A stretch of 64,000 nt of DNA from Eledone cirrhosa (taxonomy: Eukaryota), in the NCBI GenBank assembly GCA_964016885.1, contig OZ024743.1, forward strand, positions 243,846,001 to 243,910,000, written 5' to 3'. Shown here in pieces: positions 1 to 15,339 of this stretch (its first letter is position 1; each line of letters begins with the position of its first letter). Below the pieces are notes generated by a model. That model did not search any database. It was not told the origin of the DNA and saw only the letters and a program-made list of their open reading frames with translations. The position numbers were made by a program, and so were the translations under genes.

Positions 1-40
1 TCGTCGATACCGAAGGAGTTCCAACACGCATATATTAAAT

Positions 41-74
<34 letters not shown>

Positions 75-89
75 TTATATATTTATATA

Positions 90-161
90 CCCCACTCTCA
101 AGAGCGTGAAATTAATAAACATTTGTTGTACTGCCTCTGTCTTGTTCCCGTTCAATTTTTC

Positions 162-164
<3 letters not shown>
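90..164 (+). mobile_element. 3'-terminal 75-bp fragment of a Penelope-like element in (TA)n
   Basis: Closely matches the 3' end of the PLE at 29926-30003 (minus strand): ccccactctcaagagcgtgaaa-taataaac...gtactgcctct...ttcccgttcaattttt. Confidence 0.8.
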
Positions 165-238
<74 letters not shown>

Positions 239-439
239 CTATGCATGCATATATACAAATGTGTGAGCATGTTGTGCGAGAATGAGCATGCCTGTGTATT
301 CTTAGAAATAGATGTGAATGGTGTATGTTACTGAAAGGATTATATGATTAAAGTATAATAATATGTGATAGATGGGTAGCGTGTGGAGGTGAGGGGTGTG
401 ATGTACACAGACGGAGTTTATCGGTGTGAAGTGCTGTTA

Positions 440-930
440 AACAGGAAGGCAACATCATTCTAATCCCAGCTAGACTAGCTGTGTTTAACTGGAAAATGAA
501 TTGTTATTTAATTATTGTTCAAGATGCAACAAAAAGGAAATGGGAGACCTGTGGTTCTGTACAATGCTGCAATCAACAAGGTACAGATATGTGTAGCCTG
601 AAAAATTGAAGTGGCAGCTTATAGGCCTGAGTGATCTAGCTTTGTTGCATCGCATGACCAAGAAGTGTTCCTTAACAGGACCAGCCAATCACTAATCCCA
701 TTTACCAATACATAAAAAAACCGCCAAGTTGATATTTCCTGCAATATACAAAGGATATCGCCGGTGAAATGGAAAGATGATTTAAATGTAGGAAGTGATG
801 GTTTTCTGAACGAAAAGGTAGGTTTTGCAGCGGGAGCACGAAAAGGCGCTTGGTTAAGTGTGGTTATTGTAAAAGGATCTGTGAACTGATTGTGTTTGAA
901 GTAAGGTGAGTGTACACGGTGATTAATCTA
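440..930 (-). pseudogene. Heavily decayed GIY-YIG endonuclease end of a PLE
   Basis: Minus-strand pieces read CHFNFSGY and FIFQLNTASLAGI, resembling HFGAPGH and IFTLQTHTPPGL in the PLE ORF at 31562; many frameshifts. Confidence 0.5.
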
Positions 931-950
931 CGTGATGGCGAATGTGTGTG

Positions 951-994
<44 letters not shown>

Positions 995-1878
995 TGTTTG
1001 TAGAAGTGAGAGTATTTGTATATTACAGAGTTTCCATCATTCAAATACATATATAATTAATGATAATTATGGAACGAAGCTTATCAAATAGAATGGACAT
1101 AACTTCAGTCGTTTCCTCATTCCCTCAATAATTTAATTAAGCCTGTATTATTAAAATACGAATCAAACCGATTAGAGTGTAAACTTATACGTGAATCAGT
1201 GAGGAAAAGGAATTCGTGTGGGAAGGAAATTTGTGTTACCCGGACCAATGCACCAGTTTCTACGACTCCGATCTGCCGGTGGTGGTCCGAATGGAACCAC
1301 CATGTGCAGAAATCAAGTGATGTTAGTATACATTACGTAAGTTGGCTGGAACCGCGCCCTCCTCGGCAGGAGTTCTCTGGAATGGCAAGGTCCGTATGGC
1401 GAGCTAGTACACCACGTTGATGGACACAAGTGAATGTAGTAGTAATCCACAACTTTCAGTGACGCGTGACGTCACATCAAATAGAAGGTAAGCCAGGCCT
1501 GGCCATATACAGGGAACACACGCTGGCGTTTATTCAAATAAAAAAAATAAAAAAAAATTACCGTGGCAGAGCATTCTACCAGAATACTTTCATTGAGAAA
1601 AACAAAGACAGGGTTGCAAATTAAATGTAACTAGAATAAACAAAATAGAAAAAAGTTCAACTTACAATTTAAATGTAGGTTCGTCCTTCGAGAGTTAAAA
1701 ATAATTATGGAACCTAGCTTATCGAACAAAATATATATATATATTATTATTCAGTTGAAAGTTGGTTGATCATATAATCAGCCAACTTTTTCGTAAACAG
1801 ACGTAAAGCATTCGATGATTTGTATTCCTTAGGATTTTCTCGGTAAGGAAACAACTGGAGTTTCAATATAATAAATAA

Positions 1879-2227
1879 GACAGACGGTTTTATTCGTACA
1901 TCTTCATTTTATTACATAATTCTATTATACGTATTTCGAAGATGTTAGAGTGGTTACATAACAACCCCCTTGCATGTTCTCATCAGATAGCGTAAGATGT
2001 ATTGTCCTATTATTTGATGTTAGTGGTTTCTCGTGGTGTTTACATCGTTGACCAGTACACATATGTGTACCACGAGAAACCAGTGACATCAAATAATAGA
2101 ACAATACATCTTACGTTATCTGATGAGAATATGCCAGGGGGTTATTATGTTACCACTCTGACATCTTTGAAATATGTATAATAGAATTATGTAATAAAAT
2201 AAAGATGTACGAATAAAACTGCCTCTC
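1879..2227. mobile_element. Fold-back (inverted-duplicated) PLE-terminus insert with a hammerhead in each arm
   Basis: Arms about 1879-2038 and 2069-2227 are reverse complements with scattered mismatches; followed by (TA)n. Confidence 0.8.
1922..1990 (-). ncRNA. Type I hammerhead ribozyme candidate
   Basis: Minus strand: ctat-CTGATGA-gaa.c.atg...cat.c.ttc-GAAA-t-acgt-at-A-atag. Stem I ctat/atag, palindromic stem III. A decayed mirror copy lies at 2116-2184 (+). Confidence 0.75.
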
Positions 2228-2240
2228 ATATATATATATA

Positions 2241-2535
2241 TCACAGAAAAAAAGAATCAGTGTTGCGACGAATGGAATTTATTGGACATATTACAATCGT
2301 TTCTCTGGCGACCAGCTCGAGGCACGATCGATGTGATGATCAGAGTCAGGTCCGATCATCACATCGATCGTGCCTCGAGCTGGTTGCCAGAGAAACGATT
2401 GTAATATGTCAAATAAATTCCATTCGTCGCAACACTGATTCTCTTTTTTCTGTGACACCATACTCTGATCTATGAGAGCATCGAGTGCTCAAACGGTCTA
2501 CCGCATACGGACGCTTTAAGCAGCCAACACCAATT
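2241..2535 (+). mobile_element. Fold-back insert with 80-nt one-sided tail in (TA)n; same family as 21878-22142
   Basis: tcacagaaaa...gatgtgatgatc / gatcatcacatc...ttttctgtga arms of about 100 bp; 12-nt spacer; tail 2456-2535. Confidence 0.8.
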
Positions 2536-2547
2536 ATATATATATAT

Positions 2548-2852
2548 ATAAATGTAATCTGAGTTTTTCGAATATCAATAATAATATTCGATTTCTTTAC
2601 AATTATGCAAACAGCCTCATTTAAGCCATGTCAGTTGAATGAGCCCCTCATTCTTGCTCTTGTGTTGGCATGTAAACAGATGTTTACATGCCAACACAAG
2701 AGCAAGAATGAGGGGCCTATTCTACTGACATGGCTTAAATGAGGCTGTTTGCATAATTGCAAAGGAATCGAATATTTTTTATTGATATTCGAAAAACTCA
2801 GATTACATTTATTGTATTCAGCCATGTAGAGTGATAACTATTTTTTTTTAGT
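2548..2852 (+). mobile_element. Fold-back insert with about 130-bp arms, 2-nt loop and about 40-nt tail in (TA)n
   Basis: Centre tgtaaaca-ga-tgtttaca at 2671-2688; arms 2548-2678 and 2681-2812. Confidence 0.8.
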
Positions 2853-2859
2853 TATATAT

Positions 2860-3270
2860 CTCTCTGCCAGCAACCTCTTTGTTTCCCTCGCCTGACCCTC
2901 TAGCAGTCCTTTTCTCACTTACACTCGCTGGGGTCAGTCGTGTCTTTTCGTTCGCCCACACGCTCTCGAACTTAAGTGGTCTTGGATTTTCTTACCTTAA
3001 GTTGCTCGCACATTGCTCGGTTTGTTGTTTTTTCGCTGTTTTCTCTTTTCTCCCCTTTTCTCTTCTATTTTCCTTCCCTCCCTCCTCTGTTTTCCCAATA
3101 ACTTACCCAGTTATTGAACGCTCTGGGGGTAGTCTTTAAAGCGTTGAAATATACGAGACCCACAGTAGACAACTGATGAGGAACCCCCCCCCCGTTCTTG
3201 CTTTCTTCTTATTCTCATTCCAATTTTAAGCCTACCTTAACTAGCAACTACACAGTCATCCTATTCTCCA
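2860..3270 (+). mobile_element. Probable PLE 3' fragment (CT-rich) with permuted GAAAT-N22-CTGATGA motif
   Basis: Bounded by TA tracts; shares the motif with 13115-13815 (minus). Confidence 0.5.
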
Positions 3271-3449
3271 TATATATATATGTAAGAACCAAAGAAAATT
3301 TCAATGATACGAAAGATTTCCTGGTGGAAGTTCAGGTGTACTCCGGGCTGGTATCCTGTTTCGAGGTGAGGATCCAATCAGAAAATCCAACGAATTTTGA
3401 ATTCCATCCCGCCCGTCCCCTCAATCTATCTTATTTCTCTTTCTTTCTT

Positions 3450-3477
3450 CTGATGAAGGACTAGCGTCCGAAACGTT
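3450..3477 (+). ncRNA. Minimal hammerhead core in a PLE 3' fragment (about 3282-3568)
   Basis: CTGATGA-a-ggac-tagc-gtcc-GAAAC-GTT; downstream tcaagcgttaacctaata resembles the terminus of the 29926 PLE. Confidence 0.7.
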
Positions 3478-3589
3478 AAAACCCTCTTCCTGCTATATCA
3501 AGCGTTAACCTAATATATCCCTTCCATATACTGTACCGATTGTGTTGTTATTTCTGTTTACCTTTTACATACATATATATATATATATG

Positions 3590-3726
<137 letters not shown>

Positions 3727-3822
3727 GTAAATATATGTAATTAGAAATGGTTTTCCGAAGAACAGAAAAGAGCCACCGTTAAATGTGGTATTAAAATACA
3801 TTAGTAGAGAAGATACATATTT

Positions 3823-3949
3823 ATTTCACATAGAAATGACTTCTACAGGACTAGAATTGTTCCATTCCTTTGAAATCATCAGTACTCTCCTGATGATTTC
3901 ACAGGAATGAAACAGTTCTAGTCATGTAGAAGTCATTTCTATATGAAAT
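3823..3949. mobile_element. Short fold-back insert whose arms begin at a hammerhead core
   Basis: 60-bp arms, 7-nt loop; right arm CTGATGA-tttc-acag-gaat-GAAAC at 3890-3913. Confidence 0.75.
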
Positions 3950-4503
3950 GAGGAAAAGAAAAAGAAAAATCTAGATTAGTAATTTCCCGTTTATAAACTA
4001 AGTTTGAAAAGACATTTGTCAACGACATTTTATGACAAAATATCACGAGAAGACAAAAGAATTACACGCCAAACGAATTTCTACTTACTAATTTTGTCAG
4101 TATATTTAATGCTTCTGACCTCGAATATTTCTTATAAAGCTGCTTATGCAAACGGTCTATTCGGATGACAATGAGATTTCTAAAAAATAGCTCTATTGTT
4201 ACAATCACTACGCAGCAGCTAAAACCGTAACCTCACTGATACTTGACCATACAGCCTCTTTCTAACTTCGGTTACCACACAAAGGGGTTATATTTTATGG
4301 TCTGGCAAAGGATAAGGAGAGGGGAAAAAGCCAGAAAAAGAAAAGAAAGTAAAAACCAAGAGAAGTATTTTCAAATTCTCTGAGGTTTGGGATTATTCAC
4401 TATGAATTACATTCAAATAGATCATTTTCAAGGTCATCTTATGTCGAAATATCATTGATTATTCTTTTTGCACCGTAAACGAATTTTCTACCTATTAATT
4501 TGT

Positions 4504-4618
<115 letters not shown>

Positions 4619-4620
4619 CA

Positions 4621-4762
4621 TTACAACAGCAGAGGTCCGACTAGCTTCTGATTCCAGAGTCGGGCCAGATCAATACGGATCGAACCTCGAGCAGATCAAT
4701 AACGAAACGCGCGTCACCAATCAACAAACGTAATGAAGGGTTAACAAATCGTTCTTGTATTA
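4621..4762 (+). mobile_element. PLE-terminus fragment, same family as 33988-34243
   Basis: Shared gggccagatc...gaaacgcgcgtcaccaatcaa...ttaacaaatcg; follows (TA)n. Confidence 0.75.
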
Positions 4763-4768
4763 TTATTA

Positions 4769-4959
4769 GGGGCGGTGGATTGGCAGTATCGGTAGAGGGT
4801 CGGACGCCATGCTTTCCAGCATAGTTACGCCCTTTACAGTCTGAGTTCAAATCCCGTCGAGGTTAACTTTGCCTTTCATCCTTACGAGGTCGATAAAATA
4901 AAGTACCAGTAATGCCCTGGGATAATTGTTGGCCTTGTGCCAAAAGTAGAAACAATTAT
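4769..4959 (+). mobile_element. tRNA-headed SINE, family A (Meta/Sauria-like core)
   Basis: Box A-like tggcagtatcgg, box B gagttcaaatccc, core gcctttcatccttacg-ggtcgataaaataaagtaccag, tail aaacaattatt; many copies in the window. Confidence 0.9.
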
Positions 4960-4970
4960 TGTATACATAC

Positions 4971-5961
<991 letters not shown>

Positions 5962-6854
5962 TATATATATATATATTGGGATTTTGATGACGGCGTTGTG
6001 GATAACGGAATGAAATATTGTACTACAGAGTGGAACATAAAACCGAAATATATCTTGGCATCATCCGCAGGATTGGAAATCAGAGCGCGGAGAACTGAAA
6101 TAAATACCACCCTCCTTGGTGTTCTAAAAATTCAGCCCACTCACCGTCTTAAGTGTTCTGGTTCTACAATACAAAGCTCTTTTATAGTGCTTATATTTAT
6201 CTAAATACGTTCCATCATAATTTTATAATGGGAAAGTAATATTACTAAATCCCTCTAAACAGCTGATTATTTTCAATATTATTTGGTAATCATAAGTAGT
6301 GTCCTTCGCTAGAAATATGGTAACAAAAGGGTTAAATGTAAAGTGTTAGAGATAAGGTGAATGGATGTGTGAGTGAGTGGAATCATTAGCTCTACTATGG
6401 TGTATGTATGTTAGCTGTTTGACATTTGTAGACTGCCACTTAGCAAACGATATTTAACGGGGACATTTATTGACAGTGTTAGCAGCATAAGCCAGAGAAG
6501 ATTTCACTTTTGCATTGTTCTTTAGATTAAAGTAATAAGTCGACTTATTGTTCTTAAACAGACGCCTTTTGTGTAAATGAAAAAAGAAATGACCTACGTC
6601 CTGCAGATAAGAGAGAAAAAAGTGTTGCTACAATAAACAGCCAACGATATCCATTGTATCAATGATTCTAATTTAGGGGGTTCATTCCTCAGGTACGGCA
6701 ACTTTATAACAATTTGATAAAATAGAGTGGCAATCCAGGGACCAAGAACATCAGAGGTCTCAATAGTGACAAGTGAGGAAAGGAATCGGTCCGTCAGTAA
6801 TGATGTGTGTTCATCGACTGTCTGTCCTGCTGTTGATGCACATCCCCCACGTAT

Positions 6855-6960
6855 ATGAAGGTCATGAGTTCGATTCCCGACGGTGCGTTGTGCCATTGGG
6901 CAAGACACTTTATTTCACGTTGCTCTAGTTCACACAGCTGAGAAAATTTGAGTTGTTATT
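6855..6960 (+). mobile_element. tRNA-headed SINE, family B (partial)
   Basis: gagttcgattcccg...gggcaagacactttatttcacgttgctc, shared with 41065, 57250 and 61600. Confidence 0.7.
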
Positions 6961-8107
6961 TCATGAATTCATCAGCCTTGTTTCAAGAAGCCCAGCCTAA
7001 CATGAATATCCGCTTTATTTCCTTCTGTTGGTCCTTTTCTTTCATTTATTCTTTGCCCAATGTATATGTAGTTTTATGCTTGTTATATTTCCTTTTCCCA
7101 TATTGAATCCTTTTTTGGTGTCCCCTCGTTATTTATCATGCTTTTTGTTTCGTTCCTGTTCCTTTTTGCTCGCACCACTTCTTTCAGAATTTTGTCTCCT
7201 CGAGACTATTTTTCGTCAGTGCGATATATTTTTGGTAGAGTAATGCAATGATAATTACACGACATATGGTTTGAGAATATCGGTTAAAATAGGACAGAAT
7301 TCAAGAGTTTACATAAAAACATTTCTAAGAATGTTTTACACATAAGTCAATGAGATAATATGTGTTGTAGAAAAAGTATTATGAAAAATGTACATATATA
7401 TTTTACTGTTTGTAAAATCAAAGTATTTACAAGCAAATACTGGGCAACAGCAAATAGAATACATAGTTAACGTATGAGCTTTTAAATTGGTAGAAGTTAT
7501 AATGCAATGGTCAAGTTAAAGGAGAAGTTAACTGTTATCTAGAGCTCAACGTAGTGAATGAGGTGAATCTGAAAAATTCCCCGTGGCTGAACACACCAAA
7601 AGGAAGTTGATACTGTGGTGTATTCTTTTAAATAGCCAAGGCAAAACTCACAGAGTACTAGTCTTTCATTAGCTAAAGTTTCTGATTGTCTAAAATAACA
7701 TACATGACTACAGTGCAAAATGGCCGAGTAACCAATAAAAGGGCTGACAGACAACTAGTTTCTGGTTTAAATAACTCACTGTACGATACTGTGGAACTAA
7801 ACAACCGTCTGTGTAAAATCGCTACAGACAAAAATGCATAATCCAGAGAGCTTATCAAAATACTATTTGAGGCTTTATAAAACATTATTGAGAAACTTTA
7901 AGATATTCGGACGATAACGTAAGGGCTTCCTTTTTCGCTCGGTATAGGCTCAGTAGCAACTACTTCCCTTTAAGATCAGTTGGGATTGGTCGCTCGATAT
8001 TATCAAACCTTTCGTAGTAGTCAAAGCAAACCTGTTAAAACCTGATCAATCCTTTGCTACCAGATGTCTATCGTAATTTTCTAGGCTGGTTAGAAAATTA
8101 TTTGCAT

Positions 8108-8259
8108 ATCGGGGGAGTCGGATACCATGCGTTGCAGCATAGAGTTACGGTCTGAGTTCAAATCCAATCGAGATTAACTTTGCATTTCATCCTTACGGGG
8201 TCGATAAAATAAAGTACCAGTAACGGACTGGGGTCGATTTAATCGACTTTCCCCTCTTC
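8108..8259 (+). mobile_element. SINE family A
   Basis: Box B and core ggggtcgataaaataaagtaccag. Confidence 0.85.
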
Positions 8260-8928
8260 CAAAATTACTGGCCTTATGCCTATACTAGAAATCATTATTT
8301 GCAATGCTCTCGATGTGGTAAGTAAATTATGGTTTAAGTAAAATTGGAGATGTTTAGTGAATTAGTGCAAACAGATGTAGGAACAGGATAATATGAATAA
8401 TACTAGTCATTCTCCTTTCTACGAAATATAAGCAGTTTTGCACCAACTGGGGTGAAGGAACTATGCACTGATAAAATACTTAATATTACTAATACATTAC
8501 TCTAAATTCATTCCATTATGATAGTTTGGTACACACTATGGAGTCCTTTATTTGGCTGTAAAACAAAGATAGGATATCAGATAAAATTATTACGGAGATT
8601 GCCCTGGGGGTGCTGTGTTATTCAGTAAAATTTCTACTTTACGTAGATATTTTATTACAAATGCTATTGAGATAGTACAACCACCTATTGGCAATTCTTG
8701 ATACAGATTCATATAAAAATAACTTTGAATGCTTGAAATAAAATATTCCCTTGAGTTCGCTTCTGTTCTCGATTGTGTTTGTACCGATTACTTTAAATTT
8801 TAAAAGAATATATGTTAATTATATTTTAGAACGGTGTATTAGCAGAAACGTTAGAGTATCGGACATGTATTTAATTTCTCCCCTTTATGTTCTGATTTCA
8901 AATCATACTGAAGTCGACGTTCTCTTTA

Positions 8929-9161
8929 AATTCTTGCGGGATCGACGAAATATAATATCGGTCAAGTACTGGGGGTCGATTAAGATCAAGTATACCCCTA
9001 CTCCGAAATTTGAGGTCTTGCACTTACGTTATGAATCAATTCTTGCGGGATCGACGAGATATAATACCAGTTAGGTAATGGGGGGGGGGGGGGGGGGGCG
9101 ATTAAGATCAAGTATACGCCTACTCTGAAATTTGAGGTCTTGTACTTACGTTATCAATCAA
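8929..9161 (+). repeat. Tandem duplication (about 110 bp x2) of a decayed SINE tail
   Basis: aattcttgcgggatcgacga...tttgaggtcttg-acttacgttat-aatc occurs twice. Confidence 0.8.
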
Positions 9162-11813
9162 ATATACTGTAAGTTATTAAAAGGACTGCTGTTATATTTT
9201 AGCTCTAGTCACTAATAGTTCTATTATAGTTACCATAACTATCACAATAACAATGTGTAACATTTGCTACAACTGTGAACAGATGAAAGAACCTCTATGC
9301 AGTCGCTTAACGTGCTAGAAATAACTAACAAATCCCTCTCAAATTACATCCTATCTTCCATTGTTCAAAATGTGAGATATAACAGCTAGAATATCTTTGG
9401 ACTCTATATCAGCTGGGTCGGAGCTAACCTATAACTAAAGAAGAAGAAGAAGAAGAACAACAACAACGACGACAACGACTACTACTACTACTACTACTAC
9501 TACTTTAATGTCTGTTTTTTACGTTTTTATATATTTTACCTTATGTAAAGTATGGTTTTCTTAAATTAAGTCTTAACAATGTTGGGTAAAAAAGCTAGTA
9601 TTTAATTGAATATAGTGTAGTTGTTTTTTCATATATTATAGAAATAGAACAGAGCAGGTCCATAATTGTACGATATATGCTGATAAAAGAAAAATTGGTG
9701 TGGTATTGTATCAGTAACCAGGTCGCAGAGAGTGCGACGAACATTTTGATATCACAAAATACAGATGAAAAGTGAATACAACAGTGTTTGTGTTTTTTAA
9801 ATGGCTAAAATAATTCTCCAACGATGCGATGTAATTGCTTCAGTTTTAACACACGGTCTCAAATCAAGTCACTTGCAAAACAAATGTTGTGTTGGAATTC
9901 GTCGGTTCCAATGACGGTGCTCCAGTTGTCTGATCAATGGAACAGCCTGTTTGGGGAATTAATGTGCAAGTGGTTGAGCATTCTACAGACACGTATATTA
10001 ACGTAATTCTCAGAGAGATTCAGTGTGACACTGTGTGTGTCATAGATACCGCTTTGAATTCCGGTACAAATAATTTTTTTTCCAGCTGAGTGGAATGGAA
10101 AAGCATGAAGTAAGGTGTGTTGCTCAAGGACACAATGCGTTGCCAGAAATTCAACAATCGAATCTCACATAAGATCCATTATGCTAAAACTCACATGACA
10201 GTCGAGAAACCTGACATAAAGAAGAGACACACTTCGAAACTAAAACAAATAATTTCGAAACTTAATAATAAATGAAGGACGGCGAATTAACAGAATCGCT
10301 AGAACCTCGATAGAATGCTTTACGGTATTCAAGTCACGCCACGATCAACTTTGCCTTTCATCCTTTCGAGGTCAATAAAAAAAACCAATCTAGCATTGGT
10401 GTTAATTCTTCCCACCTCTCTCTGTTTCTGACAGAAATTGGCTGTGTTCACACCTAGAGGGGGATGGGAACCGAAAAGTTTAAATGCCCAAGACACAACG
10501 GCACCCTTACCGTAAGGGTGCCGTCTGAAATCAAAAGTTCAGACTATGGCATAGGAATAATAAATATTTTCTGTTTTCTGTCGTTATATTCTTTAGATAA
10601 TTGTAAAATGACTTGGAAATATCTCTGATGAAAAAAAATCCATTTAATCCTTTCATTAGGATATTCCAAGTGGTACACGTTATTCTTTTATTCTTTTACT
10701 GGTTTCAGTTACTGCAGCCATATTGGGGATTTGAGCATAAAGGGATTTGACTGATCATATCGATCCCTGTACTTATTTTTGGTACTTGACTCATACACAA
10801 ATGTAAATGCACACACACACACACACATATGTGCACACACAAACTCTCTCTTTCACTTTCTCCATACACACACGCACACATACATCTCTATATATATTTG
10901 TGTGCGCACGAGGTTATAGTAGACAACAATTGTTCAAGCTGCCCCGCAGTGAGATTAAACCCGAAACCACATGGTTGTGAAGCGAATTCCCTAACTACAC
11001 AGCAATGCCTTCACCTATGATTTTCAAATAATTTTGAAAATAACCAAAAATTTAGAGGGATTTAGCATTATAACTAACGTACTCATTATTAAGCTGTTGT
11101 ATGCATAACAAAGGTTCTTGCATAAATTCTTGATGAAAGGTTTTTAGATATATATAAATATTTAAAAATAAACGGTTTTTCTTTTATGATAGAAACGGGG
11201 TTTTGGTACCAGAAAGAAAAAGAGGCAACTGTTTCTACAGTTTATGAAAAACTTTAATTTAAAATTTAAAGTAATCGGATCGTCAGAATCGTTAGAACCT
11301 CGAAGAGAACGCTTCACAGTATAAATTCTAAATTCTGCGCTCTGAATTCAAATCTTGTCGATGTCATCTTTACCTTTTATCCGTTGGTGGTTGATAAATA
11401 AAATACTAATCTAGTATTGGAATCGATTCGTCCGCTATGCAATCGTTTCTTCCTCTATGTCTCATACATCCTCTCTTATGCCCTCTTTTTCTTGAGGAGT
11501 CGGTTCAGTTTCATTTTAGTGCCCAACGCACGCCATATACCACAATCACACCTCCAAGATTCAACCAGGAGTTAAAGACCTGTGGATGGATGGATGGATG
11601 GAATTAAGAAACGAAAAATGAAAGTGACAATGTTTTAGCAATCCTGTCACCGAAAACAAGAATTTTTTTGATATGGAAGGACAAAAGTCTTTTCAGTTCT
11701 TTCTCAAAACAGCGAAAACGTCTGTTTTTCTGGTGATACGAATTCGGTAATTTCATGGAGGTATATGAAATAAGATCGCTTAATACGATGATAAACATCC
11801 TGTTTCTTATCTA

Positions 11814-11927
<114 letters not shown>

Positions 11928-12004
11928 TATAATGCGTTGGTGACAAGCAATATGTTTGTACACAACCCACTATACATATACATGTATGTACATATATATG
12001 TATC

Positions 12005-12081
<77 letters not shown>

Positions 12082-12356
12082 CTATATTTTATATATATAT
12101 ATGTGTGTGTGCGTGTATTTATACATATAATGTATGTATATGTATATGTATTTATGTAAGCATTTATATAGTTATGCATGTATATATATTACACACAAAT
12201 ACGCATATGCGCGCACATTAATAAATATATATAGAAATGCCTTTGTGCAATGGCTCGAAAGAAATTGTCAAAACAATATCAACTCAAAGAAAATTCGAAA
12301 CAGGAATAGGTTTATGTATGTATGTATGTATGTATGTATGTATGTATGTATGTATG

Positions 12357-12385
<29 letters not shown>

Positions 12386-12388
<3 letters not shown>

Positions 12389-12743
12389 CTCTGATATAAT
12401 ACCTGCAACCCTGATGGTATCCAATGATGTTGACTTGATCTTCTTTTTGGTAAATATCATCTTGGTTAAGAGAGTGGGACTGGCTTTGTGCAGTGCCTTT
12501 GCTCACTATAAAAGCTTCACGGCACAGGCATTGCTTTATATCTGGAGATCTCTCTGCACTTGTCGTCACATGGTACCATGGGCCCAGCACTATGTGTCAA
12601 TAATTGTCACAAGTGTAGTGTTTGTATCAGAGTTTTCAAGTCGCTGGCTGGACTAAAATGTCACACTCGTTCAGCGCATCGGTAGGGGTTCTCCTACATG
12701 GATATAAAGTAGTGGCCGTACTCGAAAACGAGTTGGCAGCCAC
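12386..12743 (+). mobile_element. 5'-truncated copy of a non-autonomous RTE-derived element in (TATG)n
   Basis: High identity to 39849-40207; encodes an HKCSVC..VFKSLAGLK zinc-finger remnant. Confidence 0.8.
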
Positions 12744-13035
12744 TATGTATGTATACGTACACATCCACACACATGCACACACACACACACTTGTACATAT
12801 ATTTCGGCATATACAGAGATGACGCTCTAGCTATCCCAAATACAAGTCAAACTAAGAAAAGGTATAATACAAACATTCAAATACTTTTACATAAAAATTA
12901 CTATATACACTAACCTATCTACTGTAAACTTAATAAATACTACACTGGATCTAAATGTGGTTCATGCCGTCCTTCTCATTAAGCATCAACATCAATATAG
13001 TAAAATATCCCTAGCGTTAATAGATAAGCGCTTTC

Positions 13036-13114
<79 letters not shown>

Positions 13115-13120
<6 letters not shown>

Positions 13121-13815
13121 GAGAAGAATTAAATACTGCGTGGTTGCACATGGGTTACATATGATAAAAATAGTCCTTCGTCAGTGATTTTCCAACCTTC
13201 ATTGGTATTTCATCGCTTTAAAAATCATATACCTCCAGTTGGTGCGAGCAATAGCTAAATAAAGCTTTTGGGACAAGTAAATCGCGTAAAGCGAGCGAGA
13301 CAAGTAAACAAACATAGAAGGATAGCAACGCAAAGATAGGAAGAAACAAGCACATGGAGTCCGATCAGCTTAAGCTGTGTGGATTTCAGTGGGCGAGAGA
13401 CAACAGACCGTACGACGCGAGTGAGGTGTGAGCAAGAAAGAACCCCACTTCAGGCCAAACGGGAGGAAGTGAGAAGGGGAGAAGCAGAGAGTGAGTGAGT
13501 GGAAGTGTGAGGAAGAGGCCAGTCGAGAGAAAGTGTAACTGACAGAGGGGGCGAAAGAAGGTGAGAGAAACAGAGAGAGGGGGGAAGCAGTAAGAGAGAA
13601 ACAGACAAACGCAGCTGGGGAAAATATATATAAAAAAACATGAGAAGAATTGAATACTGCGTGGTTGCACATGGGTTACATATGATAAAAATAGTCCTTC
13701 ATCAGTGATTTTTCCAACCTTCATTGGTATTTCATCGCTTTAAAAATCATATACCTCCAGTTGGTGCGAGCAATAGCTAAATAAAGCTATTGGGACAAGT
13801 AAATCGCGTAAAGCG
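13115..13815 (-). mobile_element. Partial tandem PLE-like termini in (TA)n
   Basis: Near-identical direct repeats 13115-13293 and 13636-13815; the first copy extends through a GA-rich segment to about 13625. Confidence 0.7.
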
Positions 13816-13869
13816 ATATATATATATATATATGTATATATTTATATAAAGCTATTCAACAGACATAAT

Positions 13870-14674
<805 letters not shown>

Positions 14675-15339
14675 CATTTTTATATTCCACCAGTCCCTTA
14701 CTGTAACAACTTCCATTCCCTACCTACTTACTAGATCATTTATATTAAATTATATGTTTTTCTATAAATGTCTTTATCTGTACATAAATTGAACGATCCT
14801 AATAGAAAGGTTTGCTTTGACTGGCATATCGCAGATCTATTGGCTGATATTTGCTACTAGTACCTACAATTTATAATAATGGAGTATACGTGCCTTTATC
14901 AAAGCAGACTATGAAATTACTAGATGCATGAAAATCCCAATAATACCATTTCCTGTCGCCAGGCCACTGATTTGGCCTTTCGGCCTGTAGCTCTGTTCAG
15001 TATCGGACATCATTTTTTCGCTCCGTATTTCATCGGCGAAAGTCAATTTTCCCTATTTCTGGTGTGTTGTGTTGCACATTTACATGCACAATCTGTTGTC
15101 AATTCAATTCTAGTTGTAAAGTTTCACGTACATATCCTCATTGATCGAAAGTCACCCGTAAATATTTCCTGCCTATTCTTTGTTTTCTTATCGTGTCACA
15201 TGCATCCCATCAACAAAGCAAGTTCCTATCTGTTTCGCAAACTGGCATCCCAATTGCAATACTATCTTAATTCGCGAAACTGCATTGCCAGCAAGATGAC
15301 TGACGAAAATGAAAATTACATTTAAAACATGCTTTCTTC

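Noticed and set aside
3135-3180. TAAAGCGTTGA resembles the pistol ribozyme core; TTGA/TGA resembles a SECIS quartet
   Set aside because: No pistol pseudoknot or GU cleavage site; the SECIS register is off and absent in the second family
4648-4715. CTGA-ttcca-GA read as an expanded hammerhead core
   Set aside because: A better fold uses the upstream CCGAC core with stem I tggt/acca, as seen at 34031-34117
4769-4860. Box A/box B tRNA-like sequences
   Set aside because: SINE heads: no cloverleaf and always fused to a SINE body
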